Shown here in pieces: positions 50,593 through 59,406 of a stretch of DNA of 64,000 nucleotides. The notes beneath the pieces were generated by a model. It was not told the DNA's origin, made no database searches, and was given only the letters and a program-made list of their open reading frames with translations. This stretch comes from an uncultured Candidatus Saccharibacteria bacterium. GTDB taxonomy: Bacteria > Patescibacteriota > Minisyncoccia > Phycocordibacterales > CAIRYW01. The position numbers and the translations under genes are program-made. Each line of letters begins with the position of its first letter. Position 1 is the first letter of the stretch. The stretch is from assembly GCA_964386665.1 (NCBI GenBank), contig CAYLQP010000001.1:48111-112110 (forward strand). Reading direction: 5' to 3'.

Positions 50593-50943
50593 GTGCTCAA
50601 TGAAGCGCTGGCAGACGGGGTGTCACATACACCACTCCATATGGTCTTTACAGATCCAACAGGTGTCGAACTACCTAAACTGTTCGAGCTTGGCACGGTC
50701 AGGGTTCTCTCAGGGGTCTCTGAAACATTGTCGCAAGAAGAAGTAAAAGAGGTTCTTGCCCAACATCAGTCGGGCGACTGGGGATACCTTTGCCCGGAAG
50801 ATAAGGTGGCAAATGATCTCGCTCTCCAAGAAGAAGGGCAATTGCGCTCGATCTACTACGGGAACGGAGGCACTACCAGGCTCCAAATCATCACCGAGGC
50901 GGATCGATCGGTAACGACCGTTCTTCTCCCGGAGGAATACTGA
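50593..50943 (+). CDS. hypothetical protein (GC-rich island)
   Basis: 116-aa ORF at about 52% GC. It has a conserved-looking C-terminus (ITEADRSVTTVLLPEEY), but I cannot place it in a named family. Confidence 0.5.
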   Translation: MLNEALADGVSHTPLHMVFTDPTGVELPKLFELGTVRVLSGVSETLSQEEVKEVLAQHQSGDWGYLCPEDKVANDLALQEEGQLRSIYYGNGGTTRLQIITEADRSVTTVLLPEEY

Positions 50944-50947
50944 TGCC

Positions 50948-51328
50948 ATGAAGAACCTCGATATCAGCCAGTTGGTGTTGATCGGAAGCGTTGTCTTACT
51001 CTTCCTCGTGATGCTCATCAGGACGAGCATTGAGGCATGGAGAAACAGGAAGACTCCCGCACACAAAGCAGCTCTGCGCAGGCAGAGACAAATCAGACGG
51101 GAGATGCTCGCCAAGCAAGAAGAGCAAATCGCTCAGGAAATGGAAGAGCGGCTCAAAAAGAGCCGCCGGCAAGAGCAGGTAGCACCTCCTCCTGTCACAC
51201 GACCTCCTGATTCTCACGAACTCCTCAGAGAGATTCATCGTCAGGTCCTGGAAGCAGGAATTCGACGGATGTCTCAAAGAAGATCTACCGAGGAAGTTGG
51301 TCGTCGGTTCAAACCGGGTAACTCATAG
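50948..51328 (+). CDS. hypothetical membrane-anchored protein with Arg/Gln/Glu-rich charged region (GC-rich island)
   Basis: 126 aa. One N-terminal TM helix followed by a highly charged helix and a Pro-rich stretch. A hairpin plus T-run terminator follows at ~51340-51375. Confidence 0.45.
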   Translation: MKNLDISQLVLIGSVVLLFLVMLIRTSIEAWRNRKTPAHKAALRRQRQIRREMLAKQEEQIAQEMEERLKKSRRQEQVAPPPVTRPPDSHELLREIHRQVLEAGIRRMSQRRSTEEVGRRFKPGNS

Positions 51329-51402
51329 AGCGATCTGAATAACTACAGCCGTTTCTCCATTCGTGGGGGAACGGTTTTTTAATTTAAAATTTTAAGAAAG
51401 GA

Positions 51403-51425
51403 GTCCAACCCTTGGTTGGGGTTTT
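51403..51425. repeat. direct repeat copy 2 (GTCCAACCCTTGGTTGGGGTTTT), right boundary of the GC-rich island
   Basis: 22/23 identity with 50141-50164. Confidence 0.6.
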
Positions 51426-51473
51426 AAAAAACTGAATTTGTTTTTTCTCTTAAAAATCTGTAATATGTTGCCT

Positions 51474-52166
51474 ATGTTTGCAGTTATATTAGCAGCAGGG
51501 AAAGGAACACGAATGGGGGAACTCTCAAAGGAGACTCCGAAGCCAATGCTTCCGGTGCTTGGGAAGACGCTTTTGGAGCACAAGCTCGATATGTTACCAG
51601 AACAAATTACTGATGTGATTATTGTGGTTGGATACTTAAAAGACAAAATCGTGGAAGTGTTGGGAGACAACTATGGAGGAAGAAAGATTTCTTATGTGAT
51701 CCAAGAAGAACTGAGAGGAACAGCAGATGCGTTGTTTAAATGCAAAGACATACTCAAAGATGAGAAAAAGTTTCTTGTAATGATGGGAGATGATATTTAT
51801 TGCAAAGAAGATATGGAAGAATGTTTGCAATATGATTATTCTATCTTGATCCGTGAGACAGCGAGTCTGAAAGGTAAGGCAAAGGTAATGTTTGATGAGA
51901 GTGGGCATATAAAAGATATTTTAGAAAAGTATCCTACAGAGGAAGCGGGTTTTATTTGTACAGGATTATATACTATTTCTTCAAAAATTTTTGAATATCA
52001 AATGGTGGGTATTCCAGGGGGAGAAGTTGGGTTGCCACAAACGCTTCTTTCAATGAAAAAGGACTTCAATATAAAAGCTGTTCAATCGAGGTTTTGGCTC
52101 CAAATCACTGCTCCAGAAGATTTGGTGATGGCGGAGACGTTTTTGAAGATTGATAAAACAGAGTAG
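51474..52166 (+). CDS. sugar-phosphate nucleotidyltransferase (NTP_transferase family, G1P thymidylyl/uridylyltransferase-like)
   Basis: MFAVILAAGKGTRM N-terminus and DDIY/GTADAL blocks. The track ORF starts at a TTG (51438). The ATGs at 51465 and 51474 are both preceded by a TAATAT -10-like element. Confidence 0.75.
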   Translation: MFAVILAAGKGTRMGELSKETPKPMLPVLGKTLLEHKLDMLPEQITDVIIVVGYLKDKIVEVLGDNYGGRKISYVIQEELRGTADALFKCKDILKDEKKFLVMMGDDIYCKEDMEECLQYDYSILIRETASLKGKAKVMFDESGHIKDILEKYPTEEAGFICTGLYTISSKIFEYQMVGIPGGEVGLPQTLLSMKKDFNIKAVQSRFWLQITAPEDLVMAETFLKIDKTE

Positions 52167-52444
52167 GGAGTAAAGATAAAAGACTAAAAACCAAAGAGGA
52201 GAAGGGGAAAGCGCGCAGGACCAAAGGCCCTGCGCGCTTGAAAATGGTCTGAGAGAGAGGGTGCTGAACAGAGTTATGTGGTTCAAGCACTGGATCACGC
52301 GACTGCGGAGTTGTTATGACCCCTCTCGTCTCTCAGCCATCTGCCGACAACACCTGGCTTCTTCACGGTGCTGAGTATTGAGGGCAGAAAAGAAAAATCT
52401 AAAATAATTTTATTGTTTTTGTATTAAAAGTCAAATCTGTACAA

Positions 52445-52680
52445 AACTGAAAGGTCCCCGCAAGCTGCGCTTGCGGGGACCTTGAAATATTCACCTGAGA
52501 GAGCTGTGCTAGGAGCAAGTTCGCACAGCCTTCAACTTTATCCTGTGTGTCTGGGTCCGCCAGACTTACGGATAAGGGTTTAGGCACTCTCTCAGGCTTA
52601 TTTTGGCCACTACGGAGAAGGTCCAGGAATCCTTCGGGTTCATCCTGGGCATTGTGTGGCGCAAATCAAAGAAATTGACT
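52445..52680 (-). ncRNA. candidate structured ncRNA, paralog 1 (own promoter TTGACT-N16-TAATAT at 52687-52714; terminator hairpin 52453-52479)
   Basis: GC-rich (~55%) and ORF-free. A 10-bp closing helix (cctgagagag/ctctctcagg) encloses internal hairpins. The 5' leader and 3' terminator are conserved with paralog 2, while the core differs. Confidence 0.5.
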
Positions 52681-52725
52681 GACCCTCATATTACTCACAA
52701 TCCTCTTGAAGTCAAATCTGTACAA

Positions 52726-52989
52726 AACTGAAAAGTCCCCCGCAAGCGCAGCTTGCGGGGGACTTTGAAATACCGACCTGGAGGGGTAGCAAGGTGTAGG
52801 GGCACCGAGTAAGGTTCTACACCTCCTCTGACCAACTGTGTGCTCCAGTTGTCCGCGGGACCACAGGTGGTCGTTAAGGGATGCTTCCCTCCAGGTAGTT
52901 TTGCTCACATGTGGCGCAGTTCCAAGTCCGAAGTAGTGTGTGTAACAGCCTTGGAGAACATACGTGAGACAAATCAAAGAAATTGACTG
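52726..52989 (-). ncRNA. candidate structured ncRNA, paralog 2 (promoter TTGACT-N16-TAATAT at 52996-53023 overlapping the cysS stop; terminator hairpin 52734-52762)
   Basis: Same architecture as paralog 1. Its closing helix is acctggaggg/ccctccaggt, which covaries with paralog 1's helix at the equivalent position. Confidence 0.5.
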
Positions 52990-53019
52990 ACTCCCATATT
53001 ACTTATAATCCTCTTGAAG

Positions 53020-54402
53020 TCAAATCTTCGTCACTACTTGTTCATCTCCTTGGTCTTTGACTTCAAAACCTTGCTCACGAATAAGAGTTCGTAGATGGTC
53101 TGATGTGTGGAAGTCTTTTTTATCTCGAGCTTCTTTTCTTTGGTGAAGGAGCATTGTCACTTCTGCTGGGACATTTACTTTTTCTACAACCACTTGTTCA
53201 AGTCCAAATCCAAAGACACTATCCATTCGAAGAAGTGTCGCTTTTTTGTCTTCATTGGTTATGTTGGTGTCTTTGATAAGTTCCCAAAGGAGCACAAGTG
53301 CCTTTGGAGTGTCTAAGTCGTCATTTACCGCTTGATCAAACTTTTCGATATAGTCGAAATGGATACTTCCAGAAGTTGTAGTGAGAAGTAGGAAATGATC
53401 TCGCAGTTTGCGCCACGCTGTTTCACTCGCTTGAAGTGCAATAAGTGAATAATCCACTCGAGTTGAATATCTGCTTTGTAAATACCACATTCGTACTCCC
53501 ATCGGACTGATTCCTTGTGTGTATATATAATCAAGAGACAAGAAGTTTTCGCCGGACTTTGCCATCTTTTCGCCTGTGATAGTGATATGGTTATTATGAA
53601 CCCAGTATCGTGCAAGTATCTTGTCTGTTGCTGCCTTACTCTGAGCTATTTCGTTGTTGTGGTGAACTGGAATATGGTCAATACCACCTGTGTGGATATC
53701 AAACTCACTTCCAAGATACTTCATACTCATAGCTGAGCATTCGATATGCCATCCTGGAAATCCGCATCCAAATGGTGCATCAAATCCAAGACCTTCTTTA
53801 TCTGCAAATTTCCAAAGCGCGAAATCTTCAGGGTTGTGTTTTTCGGGATTGATACCGATTCGTGAATGATCGGTATTTGCAGTCATTCCTCCAAGGATGC
53901 CGTATTCAGGATCTTTTGAAGTATCGAAGTAGAGCCCATCACCTGTTTTGTACACAAACCCTTTTTGATCGAGAGTTTTTATCAGTTCTATCTGGTCAGC
54001 TATGTGTTCACTTGCAAAGGTAAACTTGGTAGGCAACACACAGTTAAGTAAAAGAAAATCTTTTTTAAATGCTTCAAAATATGTCTTTGAAACTTCTTTA
54101 AGAGACTCAAGTGACATTTCTTTGCCTTCACGTTTGATTGCTTTGACCATCTTGTCTTCACCGTCATCTGCATCACTTGTGAGATGTCCAATATCGGTCA
54201 CATTGATAATATGTGTGACATCGAACCCATTGTAGAGAAGTACACGTTTGAGTGTATCAGCGAAAAAGTACGCACGAAGGTTTCCGATATGGGCAAAATT
54301 GTAGACCGTTGGTCCACAGGTATACATTGTCACTTTGTGTGCAACAAGAGGGGTAAATATTTCTTTTGTTTTGTGTAAGGTGTTAAAAAGTTTTATGTCC
54401 AT
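53020..54402 (-). CDS. cysS: cysteine--tRNA ligase
   Basis: HIGH-type motif (CGPTVYNFAHIGN), KMAKSG (the KMSKS equivalent), and Zn-binding Cys residues. Confidence 0.93.
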   Translation of the reverse strand: MDIKLFNTLHKTKEIFTPLVAHKVTMYTCGPTVYNFAHIGNLRAYFFADTLKRVLLYNGFDVTHIINVTDIGHLTSDADDGEDKMVKAIKREGKEMSLESLKEVSKTYFEAFKKDFLLLNCVLPTKFTFASEHIADQIELIKTLDQKGFVYKTGDGLYFDTSKDPEYGILGGMTANTDHSRIGINPEKHNPEDFALWKFADKEGLGFDAPFGCGFPGWHIECSAMSMKYLGSEFDIHTGGIDHIPVHHNNEIAQSKAATDKILARYWVHNNHITITGEKMAKSGENFLSLDYIYTQGISPMGVRMWYLQSRYSTRVDYSLIALQASETAWRKLRDHFLLLTTTSGSIHFDYIEKFDQAVNDDLDTPKALVLLWELIKDTNITNEDKKATLLRMDSVFGFGLEQVVVEKVNVPAEVTMLLHQRKEARDKKDFHTSDHLRTLIREQGFEVKDQGDEQVVTKI

Positions 54403-54454
54403 ATGTATTATAGATATAGTATATAGCGGATTATGATTTTCGTATAGATTAAGG

Positions 54455-54460
54455 TATAAT
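54455..54460 (+). promoter_or_regulatory. TATAAT -10 element 7 nt upstream of the MFP gene ATG (leaderless-type arrangement)
   Basis: aaggTATAATagcgcctATG. Confidence 0.3.
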
Positions 54461-54467
54461 AGCGCCT

Positions 54468-55931
54468 ATGAAATCTCACATTACATCGATAATTGCATTT
54501 TTAAAAAGAAAAAAGTTTTGGGTTCTTGGAGTACTTGTTATTGTTCTATTTTTTGTTTTTGGGGGAGATTCAAAGGAATCTGACCAAACACACACAGTTG
54601 CGCGAGGTGAATTCATAAAATCTGTTTCAGTCTCTGGAAAGGTGGTGGCAACAGAGCGGGTTGATATGTCATTTGATGCATCAGGAACGGTTGGTTTCGT
54701 GTATAAAAAGGTAGGGGATATGGTCAAAAAAGGCGAAACAATCGTTGCTCTTGATTCAAGTGAACTTGGAGCGCAAAGACAAAAGGCGGTTGCAGAATTG
54801 ATGTCGAAGGAAGCTGAACTTGCAAAATTCAAATCAGGAACAAGTGAAAATACAGCAATTCAAACCAATAAAAGACAAGTGGTAAACAGTATTTTTGATG
54901 CGTATACAAACGCTGATGATGCGGTACGAAACAAAGTTGATCAGTTTTATGATAATGGGCGAGAAAGTAATCCTGAAATCAAATATACATTTACAAATTA
55001 TTTCGACACTAAGACAAAGCTGAATAATGAACGAGAGGTTGTAGAAAACGTGTTGCGTGTATGGCAGACAGACATTTCAAATTTAACTATAGAAAATTAT
55101 ACCGAGAATATACTTGATAAAGCATATTCAAACTTACTGACAGTAAAACGTTTCCTTGATAACGTTTCATTCGCAGTAAACTCATTTGAAGAAAGTAATG
55201 TGCTCACGCGTACAATGATTGAAAAGTATCGTAGCGACATAGCAACAGGACGAAGTAATGTAAACAGTTCAATGTCGAGTTTGGCAAGTATTTCTGATGA
55301 TTTACGAGATTCAATATCAGACATCCCTGTGTATGAAGCAAATGTGAGGTCAGCTCGAGCAGAAGTAGCACGAGTTGATGCGGAAATAGCAAAAACACGA
55401 ATTGTTGCTCCATTTGACGGAATAGTAGCCCTTCAAGATGGTAAAAAGGGTGAAGCAATAGGGCAGAATACTGAAATCGTCTCAGTAATTAGCCCTGATT
55501 TCGAGATAGAAGTATTTGTTCCTGAGGTAAGTGTTGCAGGGGTTTTGCTTGGCAACAAAGCTGAGGTACGTCTCGATGCTTTTGAGGGTAAGAATAATTT
55601 TGTTGGAGAAGTGATTCATATTGATCCAGCTGAAACGGAAAAAGATGGTGTCTCAAATTATAAGGTTAAAATAAAACTACTTGAAGTTAATACACACGTA
55701 CTTCCAGGTATGACAACAGATGTGATTATTGAGAAAGAACGTCGAGAAGGAGTACTTGCTATTCCTTTGAAGTTTATAATTCCTGGTACAAAAAAAGTTC
55801 TTATACAGAAAAACAAAAAAGAACAAGAAGAGCGAGCAATTGTGTTGGGCGAAAATGATGGACGCGGTAATGTAGAGGTGCTTGAAGGGTTATCTGAAGG
55901 TGAAGTACTTACACTTCCTGCCCTAAAATAA
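54468..55931 (+). CDS. HlyD/MacA-family periplasmic adaptor (membrane fusion protein)
   Basis: N-terminal TM anchor, a biotinyl/lipoyl-like hairpin, a coiled coil, and C-terminal beta-barrel blocks typical of MFPs. Confidence 0.8.
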   Translation: MKSHITSIIAFLKRKKFWVLGVLVIVLFFVFGGDSKESDQTHTVARGEFIKSVSVSGKVVATERVDMSFDASGTVGFVYKKVGDMVKKGETIVALDSSELGAQRQKAVAELMSKEAELAKFKSGTSENTAIQTNKRQVVNSIFDAYTNADDAVRNKVDQFYDNGRESNPEIKYTFTNYFDTKTKLNNEREVVENVLRVWQTDISNLTIENYTENILDKAYSNLLTVKRFLDNVSFAVNSFEESNVLTRTMIEKYRSDIATGRSNVNSSMSSLASISDDLRDSISDIPVYEANVRSARAEVARVDAEIAKTRIVAPFDGIVALQDGKKGEAIGQNTEIVSVISPDFEIEVFVPEVSVAGVLLGNKAEVRLDAFEGKNNFVGEVIHIDPAETEKDGVSNYKVKIKLLEVNTHVLPGMTTDVIIEKERREGVLAIPLKFIIPGTKKVLIQKNKKEQEERAIVLGENDGRGNVEVLEGLSEGEVLTLPALK

Positions 55932-55940
55932 ATTTGCTCG

Positions 55941-57215
55941 ATGAAACAAATTCAAACCAGAATAAAAAAAATGCTTGAACGAGTACGAATTGGTTGGTTT
56001 TTGGCCTTTCGACAAATAAAACGTGCTAACAAGTGGACAACGATTTTGATTGTTGCAGTTATGGTACTCACGTTTTTGAATTTGGTTGTTGTTTCTGGGA
56101 TTTTGGTTGGACTGATTGAAGGGGCTGTGCAAGCGAACAAAGAATATTATACAAGCGATATTCTTATCTCTAAGCTTCCTAAAAAAGAATACATAGAACA
56201 AAGTAGTCAGATAATTGATATTGTGAACGCTCAAGAGGAAATCGAAAAGATTTCTGCAAGGTATCTTGAATCAGGGACTGTTGAGGCAAACTATCAAATT
56301 GCTGCAAAAGAAGAAGAGATTGATACTGCGTCAGGTCCTTTTGCGGGGATTGATCCATCATCTGAAGAATCTCTCACCAATATCTCAAAATTTATTATTG
56401 AAGGAGAATATTTAGATGAAAATGATTTTGATCAAGTTCTTATAGGAGCGTATATGCTCAAAAAATATTTTCCTGTAGAGTCTCCTGGGTTTTCTACTCT
56501 TGATAATGTTGAGGTGGGAGATAAGGTGCGAATTACTGTTGCAGGTATTACTCGAGAAGTAAAAATAAAAGGCATCGTAAAATCAAAAGTAGATGAGCTT
56601 TCTTATAGACTCTTTTTTCCTGAAAAACAATTCCGTAGTCTTATAGGACGAACAGATTATAATGTCGATGAAATTTCAATCAAACTCAAAAAAGGGATTG
56701 ATCCAGTTGTAGTAAAAGAAGCACTTCTTCGAAGTGGAGTGGGGACATATGCTCGTGTACAAACATTTGAGGAAGCTCAGCCAAAATTCCTCAAAGATAT
56801 CAAAGCAACTTTTGCACTCCTTGGTAATGCAATCGGGTCTATTGGACTTGCGGTTGCATCGATTACCATCTTCATCGTTATCTTCATTAATGCAATTACG
56901 CGTCGAAAATATATTGGAATTATGAAAGGGATTGGGATTAATGGAAAAGTCATTGAAACGTCTTATATGTTTCAATCTATCTTTTATGCTTTGTGCGGTT
57001 CTGTAATAGGGGTTGTGATTGTGTACGCTTTTCTTGTACCTGTGTTTGAAGCTCATCCAATTAACTTTCCGTTTTCGGATGGAATTCTTGTAGCAACAGT
57101 TGCAGGTACAACCACAAAAGTCGTTATTTTGATGATTACGACAATTATTGCTGGGTATATTCCAGCGCGAATGATTGTTCGTAAGAATACATTAGATGCA
57201 ATTTTAGGACGATAA
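55941..57215 (+). CDS. ABC transporter permease, FtsX/MacB-like
   Basis: One N-terminal TM, a large extracytoplasmic domain, and three C-terminal TM helices (FtsX topology). Confidence 0.8.
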   Translation: MKQIQTRIKKMLERVRIGWFLAFRQIKRANKWTTILIVAVMVLTFLNLVVVSGILVGLIEGAVQANKEYYTSDILISKLPKKEYIEQSSQIIDIVNAQEEIEKISARYLESGTVEANYQIAAKEEEIDTASGPFAGIDPSSEESLTNISKFIIEGEYLDENDFDQVLIGAYMLKKYFPVESPGFSTLDNVEVGDKVRITVAGITREVKIKGIVKSKVDELSYRLFFPEKQFRSLIGRTDYNVDEISIKLKKGIDPVVVKEALLRSGVGTYARVQTFEEAQPKFLKDIKATFALLGNAIGSIGLAVASITIFIVIFINAITRRKYIGIMKGIGINGKVIETSYMFQSIFYALCGSVIGVVIVYAFLVPVFEAHPINFPFSDGILVATVAGTTTKVVILMITTIIAGYIPARMIVRKNTLDAILGR

Positions 57216-57225
57216 TAAAAAAAAG

Positions 57226-57888
57226 ATGATTGAAGTAAAAAATCTAGTAAAAACATTCGTAGATGGAGACAAAGAAACTCACGTACTGAAAGGAGTTAAT
57301 TTTGTCGCGAAACAAGGGGAATTCCTTGCAATTATGGGAAGAAGTGGTGCAGGGAAATCTACCTTTATGTATCAGTTGTCTCTGCTCGACACGCCAACAA
57401 GTGGGGAAATTTTTATTGAAGGAGTAGATACTCACAATATGGATGAAGACAAAAAAACAGAGTTTCGGTTGAACAATTTAGGGTATGTATTTCAAGATTA
57501 TGCACTCCTTCCAGATCTCACTGCTATTGAAAACGTGGCTCTCCCAATGCTTATGCAGGGCAAAGATAAGGCTCACGCATACAAAGAGGCCGAAATTTCG
57601 CTTACAAAAGTAGGGCTTGGACACCGGCTTGAAAACCTTCCTTCGAAACTTTCGGGAGGAGAACAACAACGTGTTTCGATTGCTCGAGCAATCGCTCACA
57701 AACCAAAAATCCTTTTTGCAGATGAACCAACCGCAAACCTTGACCGAGCATCTTCAGAAACAGTGTTAAATATTTTTAAAGAATTACACAAAGAAGGTCA
57801 AACAATTATTATGGTGACTCACGAAGAAGAATATGGTCGTGTTGCAGATAGGATTGTAAAGTTGGATGATGGGAGAATAGTAAATTAG
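57226..57888 (+). CDS. ABC transporter ATP-binding protein (MacB/LolD-like)
   Basis: Walker A GRSGAGKST, signature LSGGEQQR, Walker B ILFADEPT. Confidence 0.9.
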   Translation: MIEVKNLVKTFVDGDKETHVLKGVNFVAKQGEFLAIMGRSGAGKSTFMYQLSLLDTPTSGEIFIEGVDTHNMDEDKKTEFRLNNLGYVFQDYALLPDLTAIENVALPMLMQGKDKAHAYKEAEISLTKVGLGHRLENLPSKLSGGEQQRVSIARAIAHKPKILFADEPTANLDRASSETVLNIFKELHKEGQTIIMVTHEEEYGRVADRIVKLDDGRIVN

Positions 57889-58016
57889 CTTCTAGCTTCT
57901 AGCTTTTAGTTGTTAGGTTTTAGTGATTAAAATTAATACTAGTGTATAAAAAAACTCCAACCACTGATTGAACATGGTGGGAGTATTGACTTAGAGAACT
58001 TGCCAAAAACCGGAGG

Positions 58017-58301
58017 TTATCCTTTAATGGGAAATCTTTCGAGGATAAGCCTGTTAAGTACCTCGATGCATTCAGCATTGTTTGGCAACTCAATAGCAAA
58101 AACTGTTTCTTGCTCTTCACCCCATACGGGATTAGATGTCGTTTGAAATGACTCATGAAACAGTTTTTTCAAACCATCCCACCCACCCATCGCCGCGACA
58201 TGCTCCTTGGGAACATACATAATGATTCTCCCAAGGTTTCTGGCCACGTTAAATGTCAGTGGCCCCGTATTTTCAGGATCAAATCTTCTTATTGGGTTCA
58301 T
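58017..58301 (-). CDS. hypothetical protein
   Basis: 94-aa ORF with a good upstream promoter (TTGACA-N17-TAAAAT at 58325-58353 on the minus strand). Confidence 0.45.
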   Translation of the reverse strand: MNPIRRFDPENTGPLTFNVARNLGRIIMYVPKEHVAAMGGWDGLKKLFHESFQTTSNPVWGEEQETVFAIELPNNAECIEVLNRLILERFPIKG

Positions 58302-58324
58302 TTGTGTTGGTTGTATCTTTTAAT

Positions 58325-58353
58325 ATTTTAACAATAATATATATATTTGTCAA
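58325..58353 (-). promoter_or_regulatory. candidate sigma-70 promoter TTGACA-N17-TAAAAT
   Basis: Exact -35 consensus. Located 24 nt upstream of the 58301 ATG. Confidence 0.45.
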
Positions 58354-58447
58354 TAATATGTAGTTCTCTTTATACTCCATAATTAAGCTCCGCTAGGCAA
58401 GACCTAGCGGAGGTATTGTTTTTAGAGATATTTTAATAAGAAACAAA

Positions 58448-58488
58448 AAACCACCACCGAAAATTCTCGGTGGTGGTTTTATGAAAGA
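58448..58488. terminator. bidirectional terminator after mscL
   Basis: ccaccaccga-aaattc-tcggtggtgg (10-bp stem) with an A-run on one side and a T-run on the other. Confidence 0.75.
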
Positions 58489-58492
58489 CTAC

Positions 58493-58801
58493 TTATGCTT
58501 GTGGAGCAGGAGCCGGCTTCTTGAGTAGTTTGTTAAGTGCCTTGATTGCAACAAATACTGAAAGCGCGATGATAACAAAGTTTACGAGTGAGTTAATGAA
58601 GCTTCCGATCTTGATTGCTCCAACTGTGATGGTACCGAAATCTGGTTGACCAAATACCATTGCAATTGCTTGCATAATCACATCATTTACAAGCGAGTTT
58701 ACGATATTGTTAAATGCAGTACCGATGACGATACCAACGGCAAGCTCGATAGCATTTCCTTTCACCGCAAATGCTTTAAATTCTTCAATGAAGTTTTTCA
58801 T
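58493..58801 (-). CDS. mscL: large-conductance mechanosensitive channel
   Basis: EFKAFAVKGNAIELAVGIVIG N-terminal consensus. 102 aa. Confidence 0.9.
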   Translation of the reverse strand: MKNFIEEFKAFAVKGNAIELAVGIVIGTAFNNIVNSLVNDVIMQAIAMVFGQPDFGTITVGAIKIGSFINSLVNFVIIALSVFVAIKALNKLLKKPAPAPQA

Positions 58802-59394
58802 TTTTGTTTCTTGTTATTAATAATTTCTTTTAATGCTGGAAGTATTGAGATAACAATAATCGCAATAATCACAGGGAGGAGATATCTGTCTGGATCTGGA
58901 ATAATGTTCCCGAACGCAAAGCCTCCAAGAATGAGTCCACATACCCATACAAATCCACCGATAACATTGTATCTCAAAAATGTTTTATATTCCATAGAGC
59001 CCACTCCTGCAATAATTGGGGTGAATGTTCGAACTATTGGCATAAAACGAGCGATGATAATTGCTTTTTTCCCATGCATTTCAAAAAACCTATGAGATTT
59101 CTCGACATGTTTTTTGTTCCAAAAGAAAGAATCTTCCTTCGTAAAGAGTTTTGGTCCCACTTTCTTACCAAACCAATACCCAACTGAGTCTCCAAGTACT
59201 GCTCCTAAGAAACAGAGAATAAGAAGTGGGATGAGTGGTATAAGTTCTTGAGAAGCAAGGAGTCCTGCGGTAAACAAAAGTGAATCTCCTGGAAGGAAAA
59301 AACCAAAGAAAAGTCCTGATTCTGCAAATATAATCAAAGGGGTTCCGATAAGACCAAGTGTTTCAACTAAAAATTTTGGATCGAGGTAGGACAT
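58798..59394 (-). CDS. DedA/VTT-domain membrane protein
   Basis: FLPGDSLL motif, the G..G...RF re-entrant loop region, and several TM helices. Confidence 0.85.
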   Translation of the reverse strand: MSYLDPKFLVETLGLIGTPLIIFAESGLFFGFFLPGDSLLFTAGLLASQELIPLIPLLILCFLGAVLGDSVGYWFGKKVGPKLFTKEDSFFWNKKHVEKSHRFFEMHGKKAIIIARFMPIVRTFTPIIAGVGSMEYKTFLRYNVIGGFVWVCGLILGGFAFGNIIPDPDRYLLPVIIAIIVISILPALKEIINNKKQK

Positions 59395-59406
59395 AAAAAG
59401 TTCTAA

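Noticed and set aside
52666-52977. 103-aa minus-strand ORF (and the 62-aa ORF 52399..52587) inside the GC-rich repeat region
   Set aside because: They lie within the candidate ncRNA units and run across the promoter and terminator elements. High GC inflates ORF length. There is no RBS or recognisable protein features.
52427-53027. Possible CRISPR array (repeated ~60-bp elements separated by unique sequence)
   Set aside because: There are only two full units. The conserved parts are a promoter-containing block and a terminator hairpin, not short palindromic repeats. The unique segments are 170-195 bp, far longer than spacers, and no cas genes are nearby. The segment is better explained as two tandem ncRNA genes.
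57886-57930. Short tandem repeats (agcttct x3, then ttag-rich run) after the ABC operon
   Set aside because: Only ~20 bp of a 7-mer repeat. It is probably slippage-derived filler with no obvious function. It is worth a glance only as a possible assembly-sensitive site.
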